Below, in pieces: positions 24,515-39,500 of a stretch of DNA of 64,000 nt. The position numbers and the translations under genes are program-made. Numbering within the stretch: the stretch's first letter is position 1; each line of letters begins with the position of its first letter. The notes under the pieces are model-generated. The model was not told the origin of the DNA and searched no databases. It worked only from the letters and a program-made list of their open reading frames with translations. The DNA lies in assembly GCF_964355755.1 (NCBI RefSeq), contig NC_092676.1:24322871-24386870 (forward strand). Direction: 5' to 3'. Source of the stretch: Antedon mediterranea (lineage: Eukaryota > Animalia > Echinodermata).

Positions 24515-27500
24515 CTTGAAATTTCTTCATCATTGAGTGCACAGCATAACATTGGTTAAGGATCTGACCAGCCTCTTCATCTGCCAATGACTTCATAGAT
24601 AAGGAGGCAGACTTTACCAACAGTTCTGTTAGATTACCAAGTCTTGCAAGCAACTCTTCATTCAATGAACTACAAGATAAATTACTTATAAATGTAATAA
24701 ATCAAAAAAATGTGAACAAAAAAGTATTTCATTGTATGTTGATTTTTACATTTTGTTAGAAAGAGATTTTTTGTTATTTCTAAAAGCATTGCATATATTA
24801 CAAGTCTATGAATAATTTATTTTTAAATTGTTAATACTATTTATTTTAATTTAATTTTTAATTGTAGTATGTTTTTGTTAATTTTTCTTTTGTGAGGGTG
24901 ACGGGGTCCCTAATGATCGTTTTTTCTTTATAAGATCGCAAAAAAAACTTTACCTTGTCATTACTTGTCCTTCTATCCATGAAAGTAGTGAATGAGTCTG
25001 AATCAACTTCAGTGTTGCCTCTGGTAACATGGTCACCTTTTCAAGCAGCTGTATAATCATGCCCTGGTAAATAAAAAAAACAATAACACAGGTACAAGCA
25101 GCCTTTTGCAGCAAACTTCTAATTTATTGTAAATTTGGCTTTATTTTAACACTAGAATTGTAACAGTATTGGTGTATTTGCATGTAAAAATAAAGATGAA
25201 CATTTAATTAGGAATTTCGTTTACCTTTTTGTTACAACTAATGACAAAGTTGTATGTAATATGTGACATTTTGTATACTTAATTCTTATATTGAAACTAC
25301 ATTAAAGGTCTATCAAACAATGGACATGATGTCATATCACTACAATATTTGGGCACATCAAACTTTTTTTGTCAAACTAGTTTGATAGTGTAGACAGAGC
25401 TTAAAATTAAACAGTATTTCTTTTACCTGAATTTTCCTATCACACACATATGTATTAAAGAAGCTTAGTAAGGTCTTGAAAACATGACTCTGCTGATTGT
25501 AAATATAGAAATCATGCTTGTCTCGCAGTCCGTCTATCATGAGCTGCAATAGCCAAGCACGCTCACTTTTATTCTGTTTGGTTTCAAGAAAAAAAAATAA
25601 GTTTGTAAATGAGTAAGCAAGAAAGTAAATAAATAAATATAAACAAGAGTGGTACAATAGCTTATAATTAATTAATCAATAGCCTATTATCTTTTTATTA
25701 TTAGATGTTTATAATCTATAAAATTGTTAATACTATTTTTGACAAAAATAAATGTAATTTTTATATTTTATCAAATAAATCTTACGTAACACAATTTGTG
25801 GAATTAGAGTGTGGACTCATTATTTTGAATGTTACAACTGTATGAAAATAAATAAATATTTGTTTATTCATGTAAAATGTGACTTTAGTTTAACCAATCC
25901 ATACACTAGGGTGCAAAAGTCATAAAATACTTACTTGCAAATTTGAACTATAAAACAAACGTTGCGTCATGGGAACAGTTTCTAAATTTAGCTCAGGCTT
26001 TACAAACAGCATTTTGAATACTACTTTATACATTGGGTCATCTGGGGTCAAAATCAAATGCAACACACGACCCAACATCATACACATCACATTCGGGATT
26101 CTTTGGTTTGGTTTCTTGATCGAGTTGCGAAGGCAATCTAGGACATAGGCAACCTAAAATACAAAAATATACAAAACTTAAAGAGAAAATAATTTTTAAC
26201 TAATCTTCGACAGAACTATTAAGAATTCATTGAGATGATTGGTTTATTATTAGTATTTCGAGGTAATTTCCTGAATGTTCGTAAAATCAAAATGGCACTG
26301 TGTATGTTCTGCTAGAGTACCTGCTCCGCAGTACATTCATTCATAGAAGCACTGATGAAGAAAGTCTATCTAGCGGTAATTGTATGATTTTAGTTGAAAG
26401 AAGATTAAAATGGTTTTTTTTAACGATCATTTGAGATATTACCCCACGAAGCTACTGTACATAACTAGTTGTACAAGTTTGCTATCTACCAGTTTTAATA
26501 TACATCATATGAGAAAAAATATCTACCTAACTAGGATCAATGTTTACCTCTCTTCTACCCCAGAATCTGGCCGTTTCTAAGTGTGTGTAGAATTCTGACA
26601 AGCAATGGTAAGCTGCTGCTCTCATTGCTGAATCTTGGCTTCCAAGGGCAGCAAAGATGTAGTCTATGCATCCAGACTCTATCAACTTTGAGCAGTCTAC
26701 TAAGGAGGCTTTAAGGAAGTTTTAAATAAAAAAACTGGGTTAAGATATAGAACATTAAAACAAAACATAATACTGTAATACATTTATGATTTTGTTACAT
26801 ATTATTGAATAGAATAGAAATTAGCATACAGTAGGTGAACCGATATCTATATATAAATTTACGTAAGGGCAAAAATCGGTAAATCGTGCGTTATTTCTAG
26901 AATGTTTACTCGATGGTATATAAAGTTGGTTCGTACTTTCGGTACTAATTTTAACCACCTGATGTAACCATGTTTACTAATTAAATTGAGTTCGATAATT
27001 AGTTATTGACGATTAAAACGAATTTAGGTTCAACGATTTGCCCCAAATAGGGGTGTTTTCCGATCGTGGTATACACTGTCTAATGGATGTCAATTTGAAA
27101 AATACCCGCACACAATAATACGAGGACGCTTCGCATTTTCCTATCTCCTCCTACGATAATTGTTTTTAATAGCTGAAAACCGGTTGAACAGTTCGAGTAC
27201 AGTATCATAATGTTGAAGACAGGCCGATTTTCTTTAAAAAATGCTATTTTGATACATGTAATATACGTTTTTACAAATGTATTGATTTGTGATGAATGGA
27301 ACATTCCAAATTATTTGGTTTAACCATAGAGGTATAGATTTAGATTTATGGGCCCCCTTGGAGAATAAACATAAATAGTATTGCAATGCTGTACAATACT
27401 GTTAAGGTATTAACCACTTTTGATCGCAATTTGAATCGCAAATTTCTTACTGTGAGTGTTGGTACTGTTAGATATAATAACAAATATACAAACAAACGTT

Positions 27501-30500
27501 ATTACTGTGAGTGTGGGTAGGCCCTACTGTTAGATTATAAACATATAATATACAAATAAATAAACGTTATTACTGACAGTTGCTTCTCAACGTTTGTATT
27601 AATTAATAATTTAAAAATATATAAACGTACGTAGTGGTGTATCGTTACATGTACTTTACTATTTCAATCGACTATGACAGTGAGAGTTTTAACAAAGTAT
27701 TAAATCGTAAATGTTTTACTGTATTTAGTGGTATATTATTTATAGGCCTATAAAACATTAAAAACAATATTTCGTTACTGAGTGGATAAGAATATATTTT
27801 AAAATGTTTCCTCTTTGTACCTATCTTCTTCCCCCATCCCTCAACCCTTAATGTTACATACAAAACACAAATTGGGTTTGTTTAAATGAGTCCAAATAAA
27901 AAAATTTGACTCATTTTGTTTCTCTCTCGGAAGTAATTCCCAGGGTGCTAATTTTAGCTGACTACATAAATCATCGTGTATATTTATTCGTTTCTGTAAA
28001 CGACAATGTATTATAGTCCTGCAGTACGTACATTTGAAATCTCCATTTTTTTCTCGCTGGAAAATACTGTGTATTCGAGAACTATATGTGGGCACGACCT
28101 AGATGGTACGCGAGCGAAGCGAGCGTGCCATCTAGTAATACTAATGGACAAAAAATATTACTAAACCTCTGCCTACACTATCAAACTTTATGCCAAACAA
28201 AATGTGCCTATATATAGACATGATGATATCGTATCACTAACGTATTTTGCACATAACACTTTTTATTTATTTTTTTATTTACAGCGCTTAAGACTGTGTT
28301 TGTTGATATGTCAGGTTTTATGAATTGGTTTATGTTATTAGTACTGTATTTGAATTTTTAAAATGCAATCATTGTATTACTTGGTGACATCAGGTAGCTA
28401 AACATAGGCAGAACACAGCATGGATCATAAATACGGCTTGTATCAATACTATCAGTTTCTGTTTCAGGTTCCTTTGTTAAATTACAGTCTTCTTCTTGAG
28501 CTTTGGCTCCCATTGGCTGAAAATTAAACAACAACAAATTATGAAAAAATCAAGAAAAATATTAATATATGGAGGCATTCAACTAAGCCTATCCCCTAAC
28601 TATCCATCCAACTTATAATGATAAAAATGTCTTACTTGAAGTTTTCTCTCCAATGGAAAGTTCAAATATGAATATTTCAATTTCTCTGCATCAAAAAGTG
28701 CAATGACCTCTGCCATGCTTGGTTGGGTCCATAGTGACCTGCCTAGCGATGACCTGGCCATGTGCTGTTCTACAGCGATTTTACCAAACATGAAGGGACT
28801 GGGAAAAAAAATTGATGATAGTTGAATTTCTTGAACCATGCTCAGCACAGTCACGACTTTATAAGCCAAAGATTCAATAAGATTTAAATACGTATGCATT
28901 GATTAAAGAAATGTGAAACACTAACCGGAAGCTCCAGACATCAACTTGTTTAATTTCACAAAGATACATAATGTAGAGTAGTTGTTGATCAACAGGTTGC
29001 ATGGTGGCGCCGTATGCTCCAAGGAATACAGCAAAATGAGACGGAGTACATGCACTACAATCTAGATCTAATAGCGTACTTATTAACTTCACAAGACTTT
29101 CTGTAGAGAGGAAATTAAATATAATAATAAAGCATCATCGGAACCTACAAAAATTGTAAGCCTAATAATCTCTTAGTCACATGTGACAAATGTTACACAG
29201 TCTCAAGAAAATTCCTACACTACATTACCTTTGACTTTCTTTAGAGAATCGATATCCTGATCGGCACCAACTTCCAAAAGCATTGTGGGAATAAATGCTG
29301 AATGAGAGACGACCATTTGGAATATGGTAGATGCTGGAATGATGCCCTCGACGAGTGATTGCGATTTAGAGTAGACTCCTACCAACAGGCTACTTAAAAG
29401 ACTATGAGTCTCTGAAGTTTGATAATGAGACTTTAAAACATCTTTTACAAATTTATTCCAGGTTTTTACGAATGCAAGTGTCAATCCTATATCAGCGTCA
29501 AAATCCTAAAAACATAACAAAATTTATTTGAAAAAATATATACAATCTTACTTAACTTGAATTTGGTTGTTATTATGAAACATTTCATTTGCATTTCATT
29601 TTTCATTTCAATTTATTTTCCAAATTGCATAAGAATATAAGATTAGATAAATAGATAAAAAAATACAAAAACTGGAGGGAAAAAACCAAAAGAGCAATGC
29701 TTGTTTTAATGGCTACCCTTATACATATAAAACAGCAATGCTTGTTTTAATGGCTACCCTTATACATATAAAACGAACAGTGACAATAAAAACATGAAAA
29801 TGCAACAATAGAATAAATCTCCTTTTTTTTGCAAAGCATGTGCCACATTGTAAAGTTATTTAAAAAAAAATTATGTCGCCTTTCTTTATTCTAACTTTAT
29901 AATTTGTTATGTACCCAACACAAATAAGTCAACATGTATTTCACGACTGGTTTTCACTCGATAAGATTAAACACACTACCTGAATAGATTGTAATATAAC
30001 ATTGCTATAGTGATGTATGTAGGCTTCATTTGAACTCTCTTTGGTCAGTATTATGATACTATGGAGGCAGGAATGTAAGAATTCACACATAACATTACTT
30101 GATTGTGATGTGATTTGGTCTATTAAACCCGAGCAAGCAACAAGCTGAAGTCTAGAATAAAAATTAAAGAACTTTAAAAACACAATAATTCCTGAACAAT
30201 ACTAAAGAAAACTAGTCTTGATTTTTTTTAAATATATTGGTCGTTCACTGGTAGTCACCATCCAAGCCTGCTTATCTCTATTTATTTTTAAGTATGGCAA
30301 TCTTCTTAAATTTAACCAAATAATCATTATGGATGTAGTGGGTCTATTTCCTTAGAACAGGGGTTATACCATCATTTTAATTGGTCAAATTAATGCTACT
30401 ATTACAATTACCTGTTGAAAGGAATCTTTGATATGATTGGTCTTTTGCACAATTGTTCTACGAATCCTATTACAACTTCTTCATCCATTGTTTTTGCCAG

Positions 30501-33500
30501 TTTCTTAAGAACAGTCACTCTCAAGAGGCCATCATCATCACACTCTTCAATCCGATTGGAGAGTTCTGGCAGAAAGCTTGCAGACAATTGGTCAGATGAT
30601 TCTGTGATGCACCAGTGTGCTAGCCAGTCCCAGAAGAGGTTAGTTAATGAGTCAATACCTATTTTTTAAAGAAAGAACATTTATAGCTTTAATGAACTAT
30701 TCCAATATCAAAAATCAAAAGCATGGAACTCTCTGGTTGTACAGAATGTGCAAGTAAAGGTAGGCCTATGTATTGTTAGTTTAAACATTGGATGATACCT
30801 GTTGATTCCTTGGTTAGCAACACATTTATCACTGGTATAAATAATGCTTGATGTTTATTTAACATTTCTTTTGATTTCTTCTTTTTTAGCCAGTCAAGAC
30901 ATTCTGAGCATAAATCATCACGCCTCTCCACCAGATACGCTGCTGTTAGCACCTAGAATTAAATTTTTGGCTGAATTTAATGTTTATTTTATCTTTTTAT
31001 AAGTGAAAACATTATTTTAAAATATTTTCTACAAAAGTGAATGACTTTATTAAAACTTCAACATGGCCTTTTCAAAGTCGTTTATGTTAATCTTCATACA
31101 GTATTTCATGTTTTTAGGGGACAATACATCTTTAAGTAAATTGTATTTTAAAAAACAGACAAACATACCTTTTGCTTGTTTCCTTCTAGACACCTTAACA
31201 GTGTTTTCTTTGTTGCGACATCTGTTACTCCCGTATTCTGTCTGATCATGTGACATATCAGACTATCAGCTTTCTCATCATCAGTAGCTTCAAATAAACT
31301 CAACAATTTCTTTGCGACAGATTTATCAATTTGTTTCTTTCTACCTGATTGGTCTAGACCAGTGGATAATTGCGTTAAAAGAATGAAAAATCTTCCTTTA
31401 TCGGATAACCCATCCTTATCTGAGTTTAGAAGAGACTTTGTTGGTAGAAGAGCAGTATTTTGTAAAAAGTCTTTAAAATTATCTACTTCCAGTAAGTTCT
31501 GCACAGCTTGAAATAACTCTGTCAAGCTATTGAAGTCTAACAAGTCATTTACTGTCATGTCACTTGCTTTATCGACAAGTGTGCAAAATACATTTGAAGT
31601 CCATCCCTTTAGTAATTCATTAGACACCGATTGCTTTAATTGTTTCACAGCATCTTTAAGAAATAAACAAATAATCGGACAAGTTCCATGTTTAGAATTT
31701 GTGGTACTGCCCTCAATGTTCTGTAACCAGACAGTGAAGGTGTTGCTCGTGAAAACGATCTTTGTAAGCTCCAACAAAAATGAACTTTGACCTTCACACA
31801 GTGTAGTTTCCTCATCTGTGGTTAGAGTTTGATCAAATGATTCTTTGTGCTCAGAATGTTGGCTTTGACATTGTTTAAGTGTCTTTAGAACTAGCTGTAA
31901 GCAGTTTCTAAGGACTTGACTTGGTAACTCAAACTAAAAAAAAAAAATATTAGAGTAAAAGACTAAGTTTGATTCTTTGTTTTCATTTCCATCCAACAGC
32001 AAGTTAACTCTGCAATTACAGGATGGATAAACTATATCATGCTTATAAATTAATACCGTTTTCACACCTGTAAAAGGTAACAGCTTGTAAAAAGTTGTAA
32101 CCAGGTTTGCATAGTGTGAAGACAATTTTATGTGAAAAACTTGGGAGAAAAACACACCAATGAGAGGCCTGTTTCTGTTCCGAGATGTTCCAAGTTGTTA
32201 CTGTGCACGCGTGTATTGAAATGGTGTTAAACTGACCAATCATCACCATGATCAAATAGCATGCAATTATGCTTTTTTTTCTCACGGTTCGCGTATATGT
32301 GTATAAAAACATGTAATACATCGGGAATCAAACCAAAACAACTTGTTACAAGTTATGCAGATGAATAAATATTTTATCCTTACATAAATTGTTTTAATTA
32401 GTTTATCTCACCTTTTGGGGTTGTAGAATTGATGTTCTTGCATATAGCATCAGCTGCTGAATCAATGACTTCATCTGGTCATTATTCAGAGGTTTTTTAC
32501 AGATAAGTGCAGCAGTTTTCAGTACAAAATGACTATAGGTTAACTCCTCATGATGCAATAAGAATGTTTTGTACAAAACCTCCAATGCATTACCTTGTGA
32601 AGACATCGTGTTTTGTTTTGCTTTCTTAAAGTTTTTTTTCTTTGGGTTTTATGAAGAAAAAAGAAAAGGTCAACACACTAATAGAACACATTAAAGATGT
32701 ATTGTCCCCCTGAAAAATAATTTGTTTACATTTTTTTGGTTGAATATGCCATTTTAATGTCACATAATAGTTATTGACTTCGACCAAAAATTGGATCGGG
32801 AAAAAATTTATTTACCTAAAAAAATGGAATTTAAACCAAAAAATGGTCAAATTGGCTGCCAGCCAATGGATTTTTGGTTGAATTTAACCATTTATCATGT
32901 TATTTTATAAGTGAAAACATTTTTTTTTCTACGGATGTGATTCACTTTATTAAAACTACAAAATAACCTATTCAAAGTCTGATTTAATTAATCTTCATTT
33001 TTCATGTTTTTGGGGGACAATACATCTTTAAAATATGCCTAACAAAAAGTCCATTAGAGCTTATTTAGTGTACAAGTGAAACACATAACATAACATTATT
33101 AAAGTAAAAAATGTGACATACTGTAACTTCAATAAATCAATAAAATAAGATTATTACAAAAGCTATATTTTAAAAAACAACATTTTGAATATGATCAGGG
33201 GAGAAACTGGTTAGCATTAAAAAAAAAATAGACAAGATATTACTTATAAGATAAATTCTTTTTAAAAACATACTTTTGAACTTCCTGGCAACCAAAATGA
33301 GCAGTAATTTACAAATTCTTCAAATTCAGTGTCGTCTGCTTTGCAGTCTTTCATAATCTCTGACACTAGCATACACATTGGCACAGGGTTGTCCTGAGAG
33401 TGCAAAATGGCTCTCAAAACAGAAGTCAAATAGAAGGTAATTGAGGCTGAAATGTAAAGAAAAAAACAATTACCACCAACATTTTGTACTTATAGTAAGG

Positions 33501-36500
33501 AAATAAAATTAAGCAAACATGACAACTTATGATTTACCTTGCTGTAATTTAGTAAATGCAATCCACTCTTGAAGAGCAGCAGGAACAAGAGCACTAAATG
33601 GTGAAAGTAACATCTCTGTAGATGCAGTATCCGTTGTCTGCAGCTGGAGCGCAACTGTCTCATTGGATATGACTGTGGGTGTTTTCATGGGCGTGGGTGT
33701 GTCCATAGGCGTGGTAGCAAAGTAATCTACCTGTGATATAGGTACATCATCCAGTTCCAGAATATCTATAGTATCAAAATATTTAAAAAAATATAAAAAT
33801 GACACAATTAAAAAAAACATAGCACGCAGCCGCAATAGTCTAATGAGAAGGTATATATATGTGTATCAAAGATGTATCGAAGATGCAAGACCGATATATT
33901 ATATTGAGACATTTTATATCCAAGACGAGGACCTGATTATAGGGCCAAATTGATAGTTGGAGAATATGCAATATAGACAACTATACCTTTAATCTGATTT
34001 GTTAAAACCTTCCCATCTCCATCATTCAAACAATCTTCTCCACCACCATCATCCTTCTGCAATGCTGATACAGTTGCCATGGCAATGTGGTCCATTAGTG
34101 GATGTGGATTGCGGACAACCTTTGTCAGAATCTTTTGAAGGAACTGGATTTCTATTTTGGTGTTCGATCCAGACTGCTTTGGCAAAAGGTGCTGTAACCA
34201 GATATTGATCTCTTGGTCGCTGCTCTTGAAAATACCAGTTTCCCTGAAGATCTGTATCATTCAAAATAAATTGGAGTTAAATGTCAAATTTTCTAAATCA
34301 AAAATTCTCATAATACCTTTTCAGGTAGCAACACTATCAAATTTGTTTGACAAGTGATGTGTGATGTGTCTAAATATGGTAGTGCTATGATGTCATCGTG
34401 TCCATATATGGGCACTACATTTTTTTGTCAAACTAGTTTGATAGTGTAGACAAAGCTTTAGATACTTTCTTTCTTCATTTTCCATCCATCATACTTTGTT
34501 GTGAACAAAATTATTTGCATACCTTATGAAGTAGCACTTTGCTTGCCTCTTGAAGTTTAGTATCAGTTACAGAAGTTAACAGATTCAACAGTAAAGTCAC
34601 AGTGGACTGTTTGCTTTTGTCGGTCTTCAGCTATTAGAAGAAATAAACAACATGCGTCAAATATACAGTTCAAACTGTATTGTCTGGCTCATAAAACCCA
34701 CAACGACCTCACACAATTGAAGCTCTTCTGTACTTTGTCAATCTATAAGTTGCCAGACCTTCCAAATGTTTCATTAATACTGGGTATCCAACAATAAACA
34801 ACATTCCTGGAGGTGTGGATAAGATTTGTAGACACTGTTATATGTGATAATGAAAGGGAAACCTGTACCTACCTCTTTAAACCATTTTATCTGACCTCTG
34901 GGCAGTGTTTCCAGGAACCGCAAGGCACTGATCTGCAACGTTGCATCAGTGCACAGCTTCTTCTCTTGCAAGTTGTAGGTGTCATGCAACAGATGTCCAA
35001 AATCAAAAGTAGTCTGTTCCATAGCTGATGGGACACAGACCTGGTAAAGACGAAGCACCTTCAACAGAATGCTCAGCAGGTCAGAGAAGTCAGGATTCTG
35101 GAGGCTGTCTTCTGAAAATATGAGAGCGTAAAGTAACACATGGTACTTAGGAAACTTAAAAAATATCCAATTATCAGATTGCACCAAGGAATGGCAAGTT
35201 TCTCAAACATAATTGGTCAGTTGTTAAAATATAAGTGGTCAGTTGTTAAAATATGAGTGGTTAGGTGTTTAAATATAAATGGTCAATTGTTCAAACATAA
35301 TTGGTCAGTTGTTCAAATATTAGTGGTCAGTTGTTCAAATATGAATGGTTACAGTATTTGCTTAGATATATTTCATTTTAAAATTATTTAAAATACCTTT
35401 AATGTCAGGAACTTGCTTCCCAGATAGCATATTCATAGTTCTGTGCCAAATTCCAAATAGCAGTGTTACTTCTGGTAATTCCTACAAAACAGAAACAGCA
35501 ACTGAGTGAAATACATGGCAAACTAGACAGAGCAATAGAGGGTGTTCTATTTATTATTCCGGAGCTTATTGAAGATAAAGATAACTCAAGATCTGTGACG
35601 TCACAAATATATAAATTTTTCTGAAATTCAAAAGGCATACCTATTCACACCAAAATATTCAAGATAATTTGAAAATTGTGGACGTTATCATGCAAAAAAA
35701 AAAAACCTTATAAATATCCCCAGTAAAGGCATCTATAAACTCTTTCTTGCTAAATTGAGGAGAAGCTTGCTGAACAAACTGAATCACTTTCAATGACCTC
35801 TCCAGAAAAAGAAGCAAAACATCTAAGGATTGGTAGCAGACCATCAAATTAGCATTCTAAAATATAAGAAAAATTACAATATAATAACATACAGATAGAG
35901 CAAAGTCCCAGTCTTGGTTAAGCAACTAAAGACCTGTGTGCCCTATCAAACTTTATGTGATGTGCCCATATATGGACATGATTATGTCATATCACTACTA
36001 TATTTGGGTATATCACTACCATATTTGGACACCACACTTTTTTGATAGTGTAGATAGAGCTTAAGCCTAAATATTAGTAAAAATATGAATTGTTACCTTT
36101 ATTCCCTGAATCAAAGTTGACTTTGAAATTACAACTGGTTTTGTAGTAACCATCGCCATAGCAACAAGTTTGTGAACTGCGACCTTATCAGATTGTATAA
36201 GGCAGGGTGGAACATCAGGCTGTGCTTTATATATCTATGCATAAAACAATTAAAAAAGTTTGTTTAGGTTTAATTTTTATATCTAAATCTTCAAAAAGAA
36301 AACTCTAAAAACAGAAGCTATGAATACTCAAAGCCTAAGTGGCTCATACCTGCTGTATTCACCAATCATAAGTGAGATATTTAACTTAAATATAAAGTAT
36401 TTCACTTAAGTCAGTAGATATTTAAGGATTTTTCACAAAGTGGTATTCCTATTAAGAAGAGAATTTGAATGGCGAAAACAGCCATTTTTATCCCTTTAAC

Positions 36501-39500
36501 TTTCTACAATAAAAAAATTTTTTTTTAACCATATTTAATGAGGGTGATCCATCTAGCAATTGCTGATCATTAGGGACCCTCAGAGGTTCACAAGACAAAC
36601 ATATACACAATATGCTCTACATAAATAAAGTCTTATTACAAGTCTTTGGGAGTGGAGTTGTAATGTTGTCCTTTCTGATCCTTGGAGTGGTAGCCAAGCT
36701 CCACTCCTTTATTGTATGTTAATAGAAATATAAATACAACATACCTTTGTTAAAAACTTCATGTTAACTACCCATATTTCAGAAGCTCGTGGAAAGAATG
36801 AGTAACCAGATGAAGTTAAATACTTCTGGAGAATATCTGGACAAGTCTTTAAAACCTTCACCACTAATTCCTCGACCAATGAGTCTTTCGTTGCTGTTCT
36901 CAATGTTTGAAGAAACTTAAACAATACAGAGTTCTGATTCCTATAATACATAATACATCGGATAATAATCATTAAAGAAACCTGTTTAGTGATTCCGTCA
37001 TCAATACTTACTGTAAAGCTCTGTCCACACTATCAAATTTTATGTGACAAAAAAATTGTGATGTGCCCATATATATGACTTGATGATGTCATATCATTAC
37101 CATATTTGGCCATATCCCTATCATATTTAGGCACATTACGTTTTTTTGTTAAACTAGTTTGATAGTGTAGACAGAGCTTAATTTGCAGGAATAGCAATTC
37201 TCCTGTAAGAAGACACATCGAATTAGGGCTGATATTTATTGTTAAATGAACGAGAGGGCTTTGATACTTACCAATGTAACTTATCTTCTTTTCGAAAGTT
37301 AATTAATTAATGATAGTTTGATAATATTTACTTACATGCCAGACGTCCCATATGTCTTGTCAAAGAAGTTAATTCCATGCCTGTGAGAACATGTGACATC
37401 ACATAGAAAACAGTGAATAAGCTCTCTGACAATTTCTCTACCTGAAGATATACGTTCTTCTTCATCTTTCTCCTAATACATAATAATAATAAACTGTTAC
37501 TATATCAATTATAACATTTATGGAATATAAATATTTAAAATGTCATATTTCATTTGGTGGGAAAGGGAGGAGATGCAGGGAAAGAGGCAGACAAATAGGA
37601 TGTAAAAAAGGAAGAAAAATAGGCAAGAAAATATGAATGAAAACCTGGTTGACGTAACAAATATCTTGCATGTCAAATTTGCACAGTATGGCATTTGAGC
37701 TCACAAGAGACTATCTACAATTGTGTCAACATTTTTCCACACAAGAAGTAAACAGATAAATAAAAATAAATACCTTATCCGTGTCGATGTCATTTTTTCC
37801 ATCCCATAGGTAGAGATTTGCTAACTGCTGCAATGTGTATTCATTGAACAACCGTAGCTTCTGTGTTTTTTTTATGGCACTGTTCATTACGATCTTATCA
37901 CGTAATGTTGGGAGAAGAACTTGAATCAACGACAACCGATCAGACTTAACTGCCTTGAATGTTCCCTTAATAAAATCTTCATATAAAATAAAATTTGATA
38001 TTTTGTTATAATATTATTAAATCTCTGTCTACACTAAAACTATTTTGACAAAAAAAAGTATGATGTGCTTAAATATGGTCATGTTATCTCCAAATATGGT
38101 GGTGATATGACATCACCATATATGGGCACATCACAGTTGTCACATAAATATAAGAAAAAGAATTTAAAAGACTTTACACCATAATAGAAGTTTTTAACAG
38201 AAAAGCAGATTTTCAGGAAACATACCTTTATGCGACAATAGATCTTCTATCAATTGGCTGTCCCCGACTACTAGAAGTGACAACATGAATCGTATATAAC
38301 ATACACGCACATCCTCGTCATTCTGAAATATTAAATATTCTTATTTAATCTTTTTTAAAATTATTATGTACTCTAAAAATTCATACATATATTTATAAGA
38401 ATGTTAGATTTAAATTGATTACAACTAGTATAGATGTAGTTAGTGCATTTCATGAAGAAAAAAAAAACAAACTAGTTTTTTGCATTTCCATTTCAAGTAC
38501 ATTGAATCTTTGTAATAATACTAATTTTCTCCTATCTTCATGAACTGTTTGTCACACTATATAACAATATTACTATTTCTTTAAAAAAAAATATTTTGAT
38601 TATATTAATCTAGGCAGGATGAGGAGTACTGTCTTCTTTTGAAACAATGTGTGTGAAAGGAGTCCTAATTCAAATTTTTACGGGAGAATTGCTATTTTAT
38701 TATTAAACTAAAATAGTATATTATGCAAACCTCTAGATTACATCGATTGACAAGTTTCATAAGAGTCGGATGATCAAACGAGAAGCAACTCATCACGTTT
38801 CTTGCTGAGCTAATCCCCAGCATCACGATTGATGTCAACAGTCGGAAACCAGCCATCGCAACGTTGTTGTGGATGCCAGCGAAGATGGCCCGTTCCACTT
38901 GTTTAATGTGCTTCTGGCATATCTGATGTGCGACACGAACTAAACTGCTGTGGTAGATTGGGTGATTGTCAATGACTGATAAAAATATTTTCTCCAGAAC
39001 TTCACATATCAACTGAAGCTGTTTGAATAAAAGCAAAATTAACAAACATTATTCTCAATTTATACAAGAAATGGCTAATTTCTATAATTAACAAATGAAC
39101 TGTAATTTTTATAATCTGTAACCAGACTTTTCCACAGAATTTTTTTTCAAAGGTAATTCATCTTTTAGATTTATTTGGCCCCTATATTGTAAGAGAATAT
39201 TACATTGAATTAAAACGGACCATGTTTGGCAAAATTTGTGTGTGTGTGAATCATCAGTTATGTTGAGCACTGTTCTAGTTCGGTAGTTTAGCAAAACAAT
39301 CAATACTGTCAATTATCATTTCGAATATTACTTCATATCATAGTATTTTATTAAATAAAATTACCTCTTTTGGCGGTCTTTTGTTCCCATCCAGAAGCTG
39401 TATTATTTCTGCGCATTCTCCTGATATTTTTAAATATGCCTGGATAATATCCTTTTCAGGGTCACTTTTGATTTCAAATTCACCAACCGATGTACGAAAG

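Noticed and set aside
35204-35351. CRISPR-like periodic repeats (also 12820-13150)
   Set aside because: Head-to-tail eukaryotic tandem repeats without unique spacers, and no cas genes.
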